Of a DNA stretch of 64,000 bases, positions 1-10,660 are shown in pieces (the stretch's first letter is position 1; every line of letters starts with the position of its first letter). Source of the DNA: Vitrella brassicaformis CCMP3155 (Eukaryota; Protista; Chromerida); contig CDMY01000295.1 of assembly GCA_001179505.1 (NCBI GenBank), forward strand, positions 310,001-374,000, written 5' to 3'. The position numbers and the translations under genes are program-made. The notes under the pieces are model-generated. The model was not told where the DNA came from. It was given only the letters and a program-made list of their open reading frames with translations, and made no database searches.

Positions 1-83
1 CCCATCCTATCAAATCAATGGGGATCACACCGCAACGCAGCGAGGGAGCCGGGGAAAGATGGACGCGTTTCTCCCCCGAAACT

Positions 84-104
84 TTTAGGGTTTAGGGTTT
101 AGGG
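84..104 (+). repeat. Interstitial telomere-type repeat (TTTAGGG)x3
   Basis: Three perfect TTTAGGG units at 84-104, about 170 bp upstream of the ATG at 273. Confidence 0.9.
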
Positions 105-272
105 TTGGCTTTAAGCTCGCATTCACCCACTTCTCAGCGGTTTTGCAGCGTGTCGACGGCTGATCTGGCTGCGAGAGAGGTGCCTGGACCTGTAGCTGCC
201 GATTTCCAGCATCAGCACTCATTCCATCTCTGACCGCAGCCTCTCTCTCGCCACTTCAGCGCCGCATCAGCC

Positions 273-2945
273 ATGAAGACCTCGTCATCCATCGGCAGGG
301 ACACGGCAGACGCCAGCAGCAAGCTTGGCAGCAAGCCGGCAGACAAGAATCTGAGCGACCGGCCGCTGCTGCTCAACGTGGGCGGCACACTCATGGCGTT
401 CCCCTGTGATGTGCTGCGTGGGGATGGCCTCGAGGAGACCTGCCTGGCGGTGCTGCTGAACCGATTCGATAGCTGGATGATAAGAGATGCCGACGGCATT
501 CACTTCATCGACGCAGACCCATTCTACTTCACCTGGTGAGAGGGGAGGGCAGGGAAGCATGCATCGCTAATCGCTGTTCGTTCTCTCATCTCTGTGTGTG
601 TCTGTGGTGTCAGGTTGGCTGTGAAGCTGCGTTACCTCCACTACAACCGCATCGCCGTGACGGACATCACTGACGGCTGCCCCTCGTTGGCCTTCTACCA
701 CGACCGCTTCATGGCCCACACCGACCTGAGCATTGACGCGCAGCCCGGCGATGAGAACAGTGAGGCCTTCCGCGACTTCATGGCCGTCATGGGCCCCTTC
801 ATCGACACATCGGCGGGCGGCACGGGCGGCAGGGAGGTGCTCAGCGTGACTGTGGATGACGGCCGCGTGGTGGCCACCACCGACGCCACGCTGGCCGACT
901 ACAACATACTCTACGACCGATTCACCAAGTGGGAAGCGACACAAGCAGAAATCACATGGTCGATGCACCTGACCTCGGACCCACTTTGTACGTGTGCAGG
1001 TATAGAGGGCCCGTTGTCGATGTGTCTGCGACCAACCTCCACAAGTAACACCACACACACACAGCCAGATGGAACACACTATCTGTATGTGTGTGGTGTT
1101 GTGTGGAAACAGGGTGGTGGATTACGTTCGCCGCATTCGGCTGGCCCCCGATGGTGTCACGCCGTTGCCGATGAGCACATCGCCTGGCGAGCTGCTGTAT
1201 GCGTGTGAGATGTACGGCCTCATGGAGCGAGTGTACCTCTCGATGATCGGCAAACCACACAGCCACATCAAATGCATCTTCAAGTGAGTCGGAAAGACCA
1301 CACACAGCAGAGGAGATGAGAGAAAGGATGGACTCCCCGATCTGTGCGTGTTTCTGTTGTGTTGTACATCAGAGGATCGCGTGACGGCGGTGAGCTTGAG
1401 ACACTGCTGGATCGCGTGACGGGTGCGCAGGGCGGCCTGCTGTTCGTCATCGAGGATGAAGAGCAGCACCGCTTCGCATGCCACTTGGAGGGGTCCCTCA
1501 TCCCACCGACCGGCCCCACAGCAGTGCTGACCACCGGCTGCCCCGTGACCTTTTACTCCATCAGCGGCCCATTCAATGAGGAGGGCATCACCAAGATCAC
1601 GGTGCCCCACCACCAGCAGCGTGTGGTAGTCGCCGGTAAAGAGGCGACGGTGAAGACCGACGACACGGTGGTCATCGGCGGGGTGGTCATCGGCGGGTGG
1701 TCATCAGTGCCGGTGCATCACGGCAAGGTGGTCATCGGCGGCGGCCGCCTGTGGCTGGGTCATCGGGCGGGTGCACCGCCCCCGAACCCACGACGACGAG
1801 GGCCGACGGCTGGCGATCTGCACAGCTGCCGCCAGTGGCTGACGAGGGGTGACCTGCCGTCAGGCAAGACGTATGTGGGCAGCTTCCACCAGGGACGGGC
1901 CACTCTGGCCGGCAGCCATGTCTTCACGGCACACCGACTGGAGGTCTACCAGGTCAGATGGACTTTGAGGAATACATGGTTGTGTTGGGGCTGTATGTGT
2001 GTGTGTGGGCATTTCTGTGCGCCTGCAGGTGTGGAGCATCCGTCCGGCCGACCCGATCATCCCTGCCGATGAGCTGCAGGCCCTCGTCGACATGGCGGCC
2101 AACACGCCCATGGCCGCACAGCTGCTCTTCAAGTGAGTCAACCATCACATAGAGTGGCGGGGGAAGTGCACTTTCCGTCTCCTCTGTCTGTCTGTCTGTC
2201 TGCATGTCAGGGGTTTGCGTGACGGCTGGACGTATGAGGCCCTGTTCGCCAAGGTGGGCGAGGCGGCCAACCTGCTGCTCGTCATCAAGGACACCGGCAG
2301 CCACACCTTCGCCAGCCATGTGGAGGGACAGCTCAAGCAGCCAGCCGACCCCACATCAACTCTGACCACCGGCTGCCCTGTGGCCTTCTACTCCATCAGT
2401 GGTGCGTTCAAGGAGGAGGGCATCACCAAGATCACCGTGCCCCACCACCGGCAGTATGTGTCGGTTGCATGTGTCGGTTGCCGGCACAAAAGGAGCGATC
2501 GTGGCTTACAGCGGTGTGTACCGCGGCAAGGTGGCCATCGGTGGTGGCCGCCTGTGGGTAGGGGCCGAGAGGGGTGGGGCGGCTGGCGACCTTCGCCGCT
2601 GCTGCCAGTGTCTGCTGATACGGGACCTGCCCGACGGCAGAAGGTACCGTGGCGACTTCACAACGCTGCCTGGGTACCCTGCCGAAATGCCAGTGGCCAC
2701 CCTGGCGGCCAGTCCATGGTTCACGTGTGTCGATTTGGAGGTCTACAGACTAGAGGAGGTCGGTCAGATTCACACAGGATAGAAGCAGGGGGGCATAGCC
2801 GCGGGCATGGCACACCTGTTTCCTCTTGTCTGTCTATGTTGTCTCGTGTTTATGTGTCTCCTGACAGGTGCCGTACAGTTGGCTGTGGCTGAGTGCGGCG
2901 GCGTCGCTGATGGAGAGCAGACAGAGGGGCATGGCCGCTCTGTAG
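273..2945 (+). CDS. Multi-exon BTB/POZ (KCTD-like) protein with two tandem TLDc-like domains; 13-bp duplication in the second domain
   Basis: Exon 1 LLLNVGG...HFIDADPFYF is KCTD-type BTB. GT-AG joins at 535/614 and 928/1000 keep frame. Two homologous segments (GSRDG..LLDRV..LLFVIEDE..HRFACHLEG; YEALFAKVGEAANLLLVIKDTGSHTFASHVEG) both continue ...FYSISG...GRLW...LEVY. Last exon and stop (2943-2945) inferred. Confidence 0.7.
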
Positions 2946-3378
2946 AGAGATCGGGAGGGCAGATATCGACCTACTCACGTGCCGATATAGTCCACACGAC
3001 CCCACATCTGTAGCTATTGCTGTTGTAGCCATTGCGTCGAGGCCCTCGTCTGAGCGGCCAGGTGTGCCTGTCTCTGTCTGTCTGTGGTCTTTTTCTCCTT
3101 CTTACTCTCTCTCTCTCTCTCTGTCTGTCCCTCCCTGTGCATACGTCCGTTCTCTTCATCCATCCATATATCTCCGTCTCTCTGTCTCCCTGGTGCATGG
3201 CATGCACTCAATGCTTTGGTGCATGGCATGGAGTTGCGCTGCTGCGTGTGATTGTGTGTACAGTTACTTCAGAAACAACATGCGGCTATCACACTACCCT
3301 CAGAGCTACAAATCCATTCAGCTACAAATCCATTCACCTCTCACCCACTGCCACTGTGAGCTTCAGGGACGACAGGCG

Positions 3379-3444
3379 GACTCGGCAATGCATTCAATGA
3401 GTCAGCCCAGCCAACCGACGTACATAGCAATTCAACTCTTACCA
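3379..3444 (-). other. Conserved non-coding block downstream of ankyrin copy 1 (homologous to 24292-24348)
   Basis: gactcggcaatg[cattcaat]gagtcagcccagccaaccgac.tac.ta.caattca..tct.acca aligns directly with the block downstream of copy 2. Confidence 0.75.
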
Positions 3445-3593
3445 TCATCTCCCTCTCGAGTCCGCATCACAACGCATGAGCCGCGTCAGGCAGCCACGAA
3501 CATAATGAGAATAGAGGAGAAACCAATTACAGCAGTCCGCTGAATGATGCACCGAGACAGGCTAAACACACCTTTATGTCGCCCTTGCCGCCC

Positions 3594-5312
3594 TCATTCT
3601 ATGCCCAGCGACACGAATAGTCCGGTCCTCGATAGGCACCCCAGCTGCCCCCACTCAAATTGGCAGTCCTGGTCGCCGAGGTGCTCGTTGAAGCCCTTGA
3701 CCACCCCCACCACACGATACTGGGCCGCCTCGTCCTTCCGAGCCTTGTGAATCACCTCACGCAACTCCATCGTCTGGCCACCCACATCGCCCACCACAAA
3801 GCACTGCAGCGGCACACGCACCATCACGCCGCCCACACTGGCCATTCTGCCCACCACCTCCCTGTTGCTGCTCGTCTGTGTGGCCGCCGACTTGACGAAG
3901 TGGCCGACGGCCGAGCGCACGCGACGTCTGAGCTGCGAGTCACCGATCAGGTACTCGTCGATGGCCGCCACAGCAGCGGAAGGGTCGTGCAGGAAAGCGC
4001 CAATCTTCCAGCCGATGGCCTCTGCCTCGTGTGGGCCGAATGCCATGTTGGATGGGGAGGGGTGGGGGTGGGCGCCGTCGTGGTGGGGGGCGAGGGGCAG
4101 CAGACGGGCGAGAAGCATCGAGTGGTCGCGCTGGGGGGCGAGGGCGGCGTTGATGGCCGACATGGTCACATCGGGCAGCTCACTCAGCACTGTGGTGTAC
4201 TCGGTGAGCACCAGCTGACGACGACGGCGCTGCTCTCCTGTGGCTGTGGGGATGCGGCTGATGGATGGGGCCGCCCCGGCCCGCAGCAGCGTCCGGGTGA
4301 TGGTCTTGTGGTGGCGGATCGATCTTTGGCGCCGCTCCTCCTCTCCCTGGTCCTCGCCCAGCCCGTTTCCATGTCCATGTTGCTGTTGCTGCTCTTGCAT
4401 GAGATTATCGAGGACCTGCGCAGCCACTGAGAGGGGTGTCTCGTTGGGCTGGTTCGGGCTCCCTCTGTTGATGTCCTCGGCTGTGAGCTGGCGGCACAGC
4501 CAATCAGCCACATAGGGGGAGCCACACCGTGCCGCCATGTGCAATGGTGTCCTGCCGTAGCGTGTTGCCGTCATTTCGGCGCCGTGGCTGGTGATGAGGT
4601 CCAGGTACTGGTCGATGAACTGCTGCGAGAAGGCAGAACGGGCCATGGCTGCCCAATGGACCAGATTCTCTCCACCGAACCGCTCCTCTGGGAGTGTGCT
4701 GTCGTGTTGGATGAGCCGATGATACACCGACAGCAACTGCTTCTCCCCCTGACGAGTGACGTGGGGTTGAGGAAGCCGCATCACCGCAAAACCCCGCACG
4801 TTGGCCTGGCGCGCCAGCAGGGTCTCGACGGCCGTCAGATTGCCCGCCGCAACGGCCACTTGGATGGGCCTGGTGTACCCTTGACCCGCATTGACGTCCG
4901 CCCCGTCATCGATGAGTGTGTTGATGACGTCACGCTGCAGCTGCCTGGAGGACCACTGGGGAAGGACCACCGGCACGCTAAAGTTAGCATCGCTTTTCGC
5001 ATAGAGAGATGGGCCGTTTGTTGGACTGTCAATGGCGAAAGACAGGCAGCCGTATCGCCAGGACGGAGGTAATGTGATGCCGCGGACGCGCAGGCCGCCG
5101 ATGGCTCTCGGGTCGGCTCCTTGACGTACCAGCCCTGTGACTTGGTGGCTGGCGTGAGTGAAGTTGCAGCGGATGCAGCCCTCCAACAGCCGTTGGCTCA
5201 GAGCACTGACGCCCTCGTCGGGGATGGTGTCGACGTCATCCAGTCCCTTGCAGTAGGGCGGCACCGCCTGTGTGTAAGGTGCTTGCGATGCGGCGGACAA
5301 CGACTGAGCCAT
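3594..5312 (-). CDS. Ankyrin-repeat protein, lineage-expanded family, copy 1 (intronless CDS, ~572 aa)
   Basis: Ankyrin motifs LIDDGADVNAG..PIQVAVAAGN and TPLHMAARCGSPYVADWL, plus family C-terminal domain AFGPHEAEAIGWKIGAFLH...GLFVSLGIE. True ATG at 5312; the ORF extension upstream reads through a (TG)n...CAG UTR intron. Confidence 0.85.
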   Translation of the reverse strand: MAQSLSAASQAPYTQAVPPYCKGLDDVDTIPDEGVSALSQRLLEGCIRCNFTHASHQVTGLVRQGADPRAIGGLRVRGITLPPSWRYGCLSFAIDSPTNGPSLYAKSDANFSVPVVLPQWSSRQLQRDVINTLIDDGADVNAGQGYTRPIQVAVAAGNLTAVETLLARQANVRGFAVMRLPQPHVTRQGEKQLLSVYHRLIQHDSTLPEERFGGENLVHWAAMARSAFSQQFIDQYLDLITSHGAEMTATRYGRTPLHMAARCGSPYVADWLCRQLTAEDINRGSPNQPNETPLSVAAQVLDNLMQEQQQQHGHGNGLGEDQGEEERRQRSIRHHKTITRTLLRAGAAPSISRIPTATGEQRRRRQLVLTEYTTVLSELPDVTMSAINAALAPQRDHSMLLARLLPLAPHHDGAHPHPSPSNMAFGPHEAEAIGWKIGAFLHDPSAAVAAIDEYLIGDSQLRRRVRSAVGHFVKSAATQTSSNREVVGRMASVGGVMVRVPLQCFVVGDVGGQTMELREVIHKARKDEAAQYRVVGVVKGFNEHLGDQDCQFEWGQLGCLSRTGLFVSLGIE

Positions 5313-5739
5313 CACGCCAAGCAACACTCTGCACACACAGACACAGATCACAAAGTCACGTGTCATTCCTCCGATCCAACACAGATGTTGCTGACGCACC
5401 TGGTCGTCGGCCCGGCCACCCGAACGGTCAGGTGAGGCTCCACGTCACGCTCAGCGTCTTCCGCTCTGATCGAGTGAGGATCGAATTGGTGTTTTTCTCG
5501 GACCTGACGTCAATAACGAGCTCCGAAGACACCAGCAGCGCTCATTTGTCAGCCCTTGTGGAAGATCTGCACCAATTTGGCGACAACAAGTCTCGGGAAG
5601 CTTGTTGTGCGCCTCTGCTGCTGCTTTGCGAGGTTGCAGACGTCCCCTCTCAGCTGGGGTGACCCTGAGCACTGTGAGAAGACGCTCTGTAGGCCGACCC
5701 ATGTGCACTCCTTCTCATGCGTTTCTTGCTCCCTGCAGG

Positions 5740-8418
5740 ATGAGTGGCGATGATCTGAGCACTGCGTCGCCGCCGCGCCACCCGCCGCTTCGTGGCGATC
5801 CCGTGACGCCCTTCGCAGACGTGCAGGCGTCGGTGGTGCTGCCCGTCGTGGGACAGAAGCTGCACGTCGAGCGCATCCTGCAAGACGACTTCCCCACATG
5901 CCGGTGGGGGCGCTGCGTGGAGCTCTATGACGGCTATGACGGCTGGTCTGTCGGCAGCATTCACCCCGGTGTGTGTGTGTGTGTGTGTGTGTTTGTTTGT
6001 GCAGGAATGTGCTGCTCCAGGGTGGGTGAGATCCACGGCCGTGGCTGGCTTGTTGGTTGGCTGGCTGATGAGTGTGTCCATCAATGTGTGTGTTCAGGTG
6101 AGGTGCTTCGGCTGGCTGTGGTGCTGCGGCCGCCGGCGTCCTTCCACGACAAGGCCACGCAGCATCGGTGGATTGAGCGCTACAAGGCCCTCGACATCTC
6201 AATCGACGTCACCGTTACCCAACAGCACGATGTGCCTATCTGGAGGGGAGGGAGAGAGGGAGGGGGCCATCGACCACTCTCCGTCTGTCTGCCGTGCCTC
6301 GTGTGGCCTGCAGGTGCGTCGTTCGGTGCTGGCTCCTCGGTACATCGACAGCGGCACCCGCTCATGTATCCCTGAAGGCGACACCCCACACCGCACCTTC
6401 ACACACTTCATGCCCATCGCAACAGCTGCTGCTGGTGGTGGTGGCGGCAGCGGCAGCGGCACGCACCATGAAGCGCCGTCGCCGAGGGAAGCCAAACCAG
6501 TCGACGACCATCCATTGCGGGTGAGAAAGGCAGGCACCATCGAATAAGGTGGGCATCTTGTGTGTGAGGTTTCGGGGCGTATGTGCGGTGGGTGCGGTGT
6601 GGTGCATGTAGGAGGACTGGACGCCCCATGGTCGGGGTGTGGGTGTGGGTGAGGCTGCGCGTGTGGAGGACATGCGCATCGCCCATGTCATCACCACACC
6701 ACTGGGTCAGCCACCAGTGGGTGGGAGGGGTGGCATTGTCCGTCTGTCTGTCTGTCTCGTATTGTCTGTCTTTTGCTGCAGCCATACTCGAGGAGTGTCT
6801 TGACAGGGAGGATCTGACGCTTGAGGTGAACCTCACTCTGGCACGACAGCAGCCAGCCGTCAACCCGGCCACCACACGCAGACTGAGGCAGAGACTCAAG
6901 GTAAGCGACCCCTCACACCCACACCCACACTCACACACACACGTGTGGATTGAAACACACTCACTCTTTCAGGTGCCTCTGGCGGAGCGTCAGGGTGGTC
7001 TGCATTGGTCGTCAGCACTCTCATTCGACGGCGGCATCCCCCCCACATCAGTCGAGGAAGCACTCTCACCTGCCGCCACGTTATCGTCCATGGGCAGCAG
7101 TGGTGCTGGTGGTGGTGACCATGACAGCAGGGCTCCCATACTGAGCGACATCATGCAGCTCTTCAGACACACCGAAAAGGTGTGTCGGTGTGGGGGAAGC
7201 TGCCCACAGTCACCCTTTGTGTTTGTGTGTGTGTATGTCAGGCTGGCCGCGAGTCGTCCCTGCGGGCATCTTTGTCTCAGCTGCCGTCGACGTATCGGCT
7301 GAGCTACCCCATCGAGCTGCGGCGGCCGCTCACCATGGGCCACGAGTGGGCCCACGACAGACACGGCATGTACCTCGCCGTGCGAGTCGCCAACCGAACT
7401 GGTCAGTCAGTCAGTCAGCCGCACGAAATCAGTGGTCAGGAGCACGCCATGCGCTTCTGCCATCACTCTTTCTCTCTCTCTCCCTCTCTCTGTGTGTGTC
7501 ACGATATAGGTTCGGTTCCGCTGACAGTGACGGACGTCATGACCACCATGACGGACGCGACGAATGAGGTGGGTCGGGTGATGCCAGTGAGAGCCGCAGA
7601 AACCCTCAGAGACCTCCATGTATGTGTGTGAGTCAGGTGTATGACTTGCCCAAACGGTTGTCGCCTGAGGAGGAGACGTCGTGTGTCTTCCGGCTGCCTC
7701 GGGAGGACCCACTTAGCCCCACACAGCCCACCACCCCAACTACCATAGCTGTCAAATGGTGAGTGAGACAGACTCACTCACAACGCCTGTGTGTGCGAGC
7801 CAATGGCTGGGTGGCTGGATGGATGGATGGCTGGATGCGTCAGGGTCTATGGCGGGTACAGTGTGTCGGGGGACGAGCAGACCTACGGGGTGTGGTCGAG
7901 TGTGTCGGTCGAGCGGCCCCGCAGGCCCGACACCCCATTACACGTCGACGTGGACGGTAAGCCCAGCCTGACTGACATCACCGCAGCCACTCTACAACCC
8001 CCCTGTGTGTCTGTTTCAGGTCCGCCGGAGTGTGCGCCCTTCTCGTGTTTCGTGCTGGAGGTGACAGTGTGCAATCGCCGGCCGTCGAGCGATGCGGACG
8101 TGACGGTCACTCTGGAGGAGGGGGACGGGAGCGGCGGACAAGGAGAGTGGGGGTGGACGGGGCCGCCACTGGTCGTCGTGCAGGCCAAACAAACACTCGG
8201 GTAGGTATGGCAGCGGACACACAGATAGATGGATGGATGGATGGATGTGTGTGATGCGTGTGTTTAGGCGCATCGGTCCCCGTTCGTGTGGGAGTGTGCA
8301 GTTCAGCGTTCAGACGACGCGTATGGGCGTCTTTGAGCTGCCGCGGTGTCAGGTGGAGTGCAAGCTGACGCAGACTGTCGTCGACGTGCCTACAGGCACC
8401 ATACGCGTCAAAACCTGA
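5740..8418 (+). CDS. Multi-exon hypothetical protein, possibly TRAPP accessory subunit-like (TRAPPC13/TRAPPC14/Trs65 type)
   Basis: Spliced N-terminus GSIHPGEVLRLAVVLR resembles the GET(V/F)RxxxVLR motif of TRAPPC13/14. Later exons are beta-rich (LAVRVANRT, VLEVTVCNRR, SVQFSVQTTRMGVFELP). Family call from motif memory only. Confidence 0.45.
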
Positions 8419-8953
8419 CGACCTGGTGTGATCTGATCTGATGCGACGAACGAAGAGGGTGTGTATAGCTTAGCATAGCCTAGCCTGCTGCTGACTTTGA
8501 CGTGTGTGTCGGTCGGTCGGTCTCATGGTCGATGGATGACGAGTGGATGGAGACTCTCGTGTGCATCGACGCATTCACTCATGGATTCTAGAAATGGAAA
8601 ATGATAAATCTCACACACTGGCAACACACGACACACGGACGGACGAAGCCATTCCATTCCACAAATCTCTTCACTCAGCCATTTTTTATTTTTTCAGCCA
8701 GCCAACCACAACGGACATCGATCGCCATCGACGCCTCATATCGTTGTGTGCCGCCGGATGACGCGGCAGGGCATATCACTCACCCCCAACCAAGGCCACC
8801 ATCCATCCGGCCCTTCCTTCACACAAACCTATTCTCTGCTCCCTTCTGCCTCTCTGTGTTCAAAACACAAACCGCCCAACCACACGGACAGACAGACAGA
8901 CAGACACGGAGACGTGCCACAAAGCCACCGTCAGCCCAGCCCGTTAGTAATAG

Positions 8954-10627
8954 CTATCCCATTGTGGCGATCCTTGGCATGGATATCTTCCGCTGGTCCT
9001 TGTCCTTGTCCTTGCCCTTTTTGCCCCCTCCAATGCTCTTGATGGGGTTACCCTCGAGCACCTCGGTCACGTGGCCGCTCTCTGCGCCGAGCAGGGGCGG
9101 CACCCACAGCATGGCGCGGTAGCGGGACGAGTTGGTCAGGTGCTCGTTCTCCAGACGGATCAGCGCCCACTGAACGAGGCGACGCGACGCGGGGGACACA
9201 CACACGTCGAGTGGATGGATGGATGGATGGCGGGAGTGTTGTGTGCAGCTTACGAGTGTCCTTCTGAGGATTTCCATGGTGGAGACCCAAAGCGTGATCA
9301 GATTGGAGTTCAGCCTCTGCAACACACACACACACACACACACATGGACCAAGTGCCCGCCATTCAGTCATTCCCTGACCTCATTGTCGAGTATTTCGAT
9401 GGGCATCAGGTTCATGGCCCACGACAGCCGGCCGAACTGCATCAACGAAGAAAGACAGCAAGCCGATCGTGTGCGTCTGTCTGAGTATGTGTTGTGTTGG
9501 TTGCGGCTTGACCGACCAGGTTGACGAGTGAGATGGAGTAGTAGAGCCACGGGGGGTACATCCGCTGAGGCCTGTCAGCACCACACCACACCACACCGCA
9601 GCACAGCACACCTCATTGCAGCTGCTTACGTATGTGTGTTGCTTTGCTTCCTGTGTGTCACTCCGTCAGTCCGGCAGGCCCCCCAGGTACCTGAGGTAGT
9701 TGTCTGGGTCGAATGCGAGCCCCCAGTCCATGTAGACGTCCCAGAAGAACATGTAGATGGTGGCGAAGATGTACGTGAAGACCCACACCAAACGGCTCAC
9801 GTAGATGGACAGACCGTACTCGTGCCTGAGACGTGACGATGGCCGGTTGGTTGACGCAAGAAGACAGGACAAGACGGACACGCTGTATTGTGTGTGTGTG
9901 TGTGTGTGTACCATGGTATAGAGGTGCAGATGACGACCAGGATGCCGGCGCAGTACTTGCCCGTGTTGGCCGCGTGGGCGGTGCGCCGCTTGGCGTCATC
10001 CGCTTCCAAGAACCTGCAACGCACCACAACACACACCACACACACACACACAGCGATACAGAGCCGTTGTCTGAGGGATGTGTTGTGCGTGTGCGTGTGA
10101 GTGGGCTGGTTAGACCTGCTGATGCACTGCATGAGTCGGATGTAGTAGGGCGTGGCGACGATGAGGGGCTTGAGCCAGAAGTCCACACCCGAGCAGGTCA
10201 CCGTCTCACGGTGGTACAAACCAGTGCTGCAGACAGACACATGGGGGTGTGGGTGTGGGTGAGTGTGTGTGAGGCACACACAACACACACCTACCTGTAG
10301 TAGCAGACAGTGTACTCGAGGTCTGCGAGGGGTTTGGCCATGGAGGTCAGCACGTCGCCCACGATGTTCTGCACGAACGTCACCGTCACAAAGGGCCACA
10401 CTCTGACAACAAAGGGCACAATCACACACACATTTGCAGACAGACACGCCAATGTGTGTGTGTGTTATCTGTGTGGTGTGGCGAGAGCGTACGCCGCGTA
10501 GAAGCAGTATCCGACGCACTCGACGATCTCCCATCTGTATTTCCGCCTGAACGTGTCGCTGGGCAGGAAGGCTATGGCCACCTGCACCGCTATCAACACC
10601 ACGGGATACAAGAAATACCTTCACACA

Positions 10628-10660
<33 letters not shown>

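Noticed and set aside
84-104. Telomerase RNA template or true chromosome end
   Set aside because: Three full repeats exceed the usual ~1.5-repeat template, and unique sequence lies on both sides.
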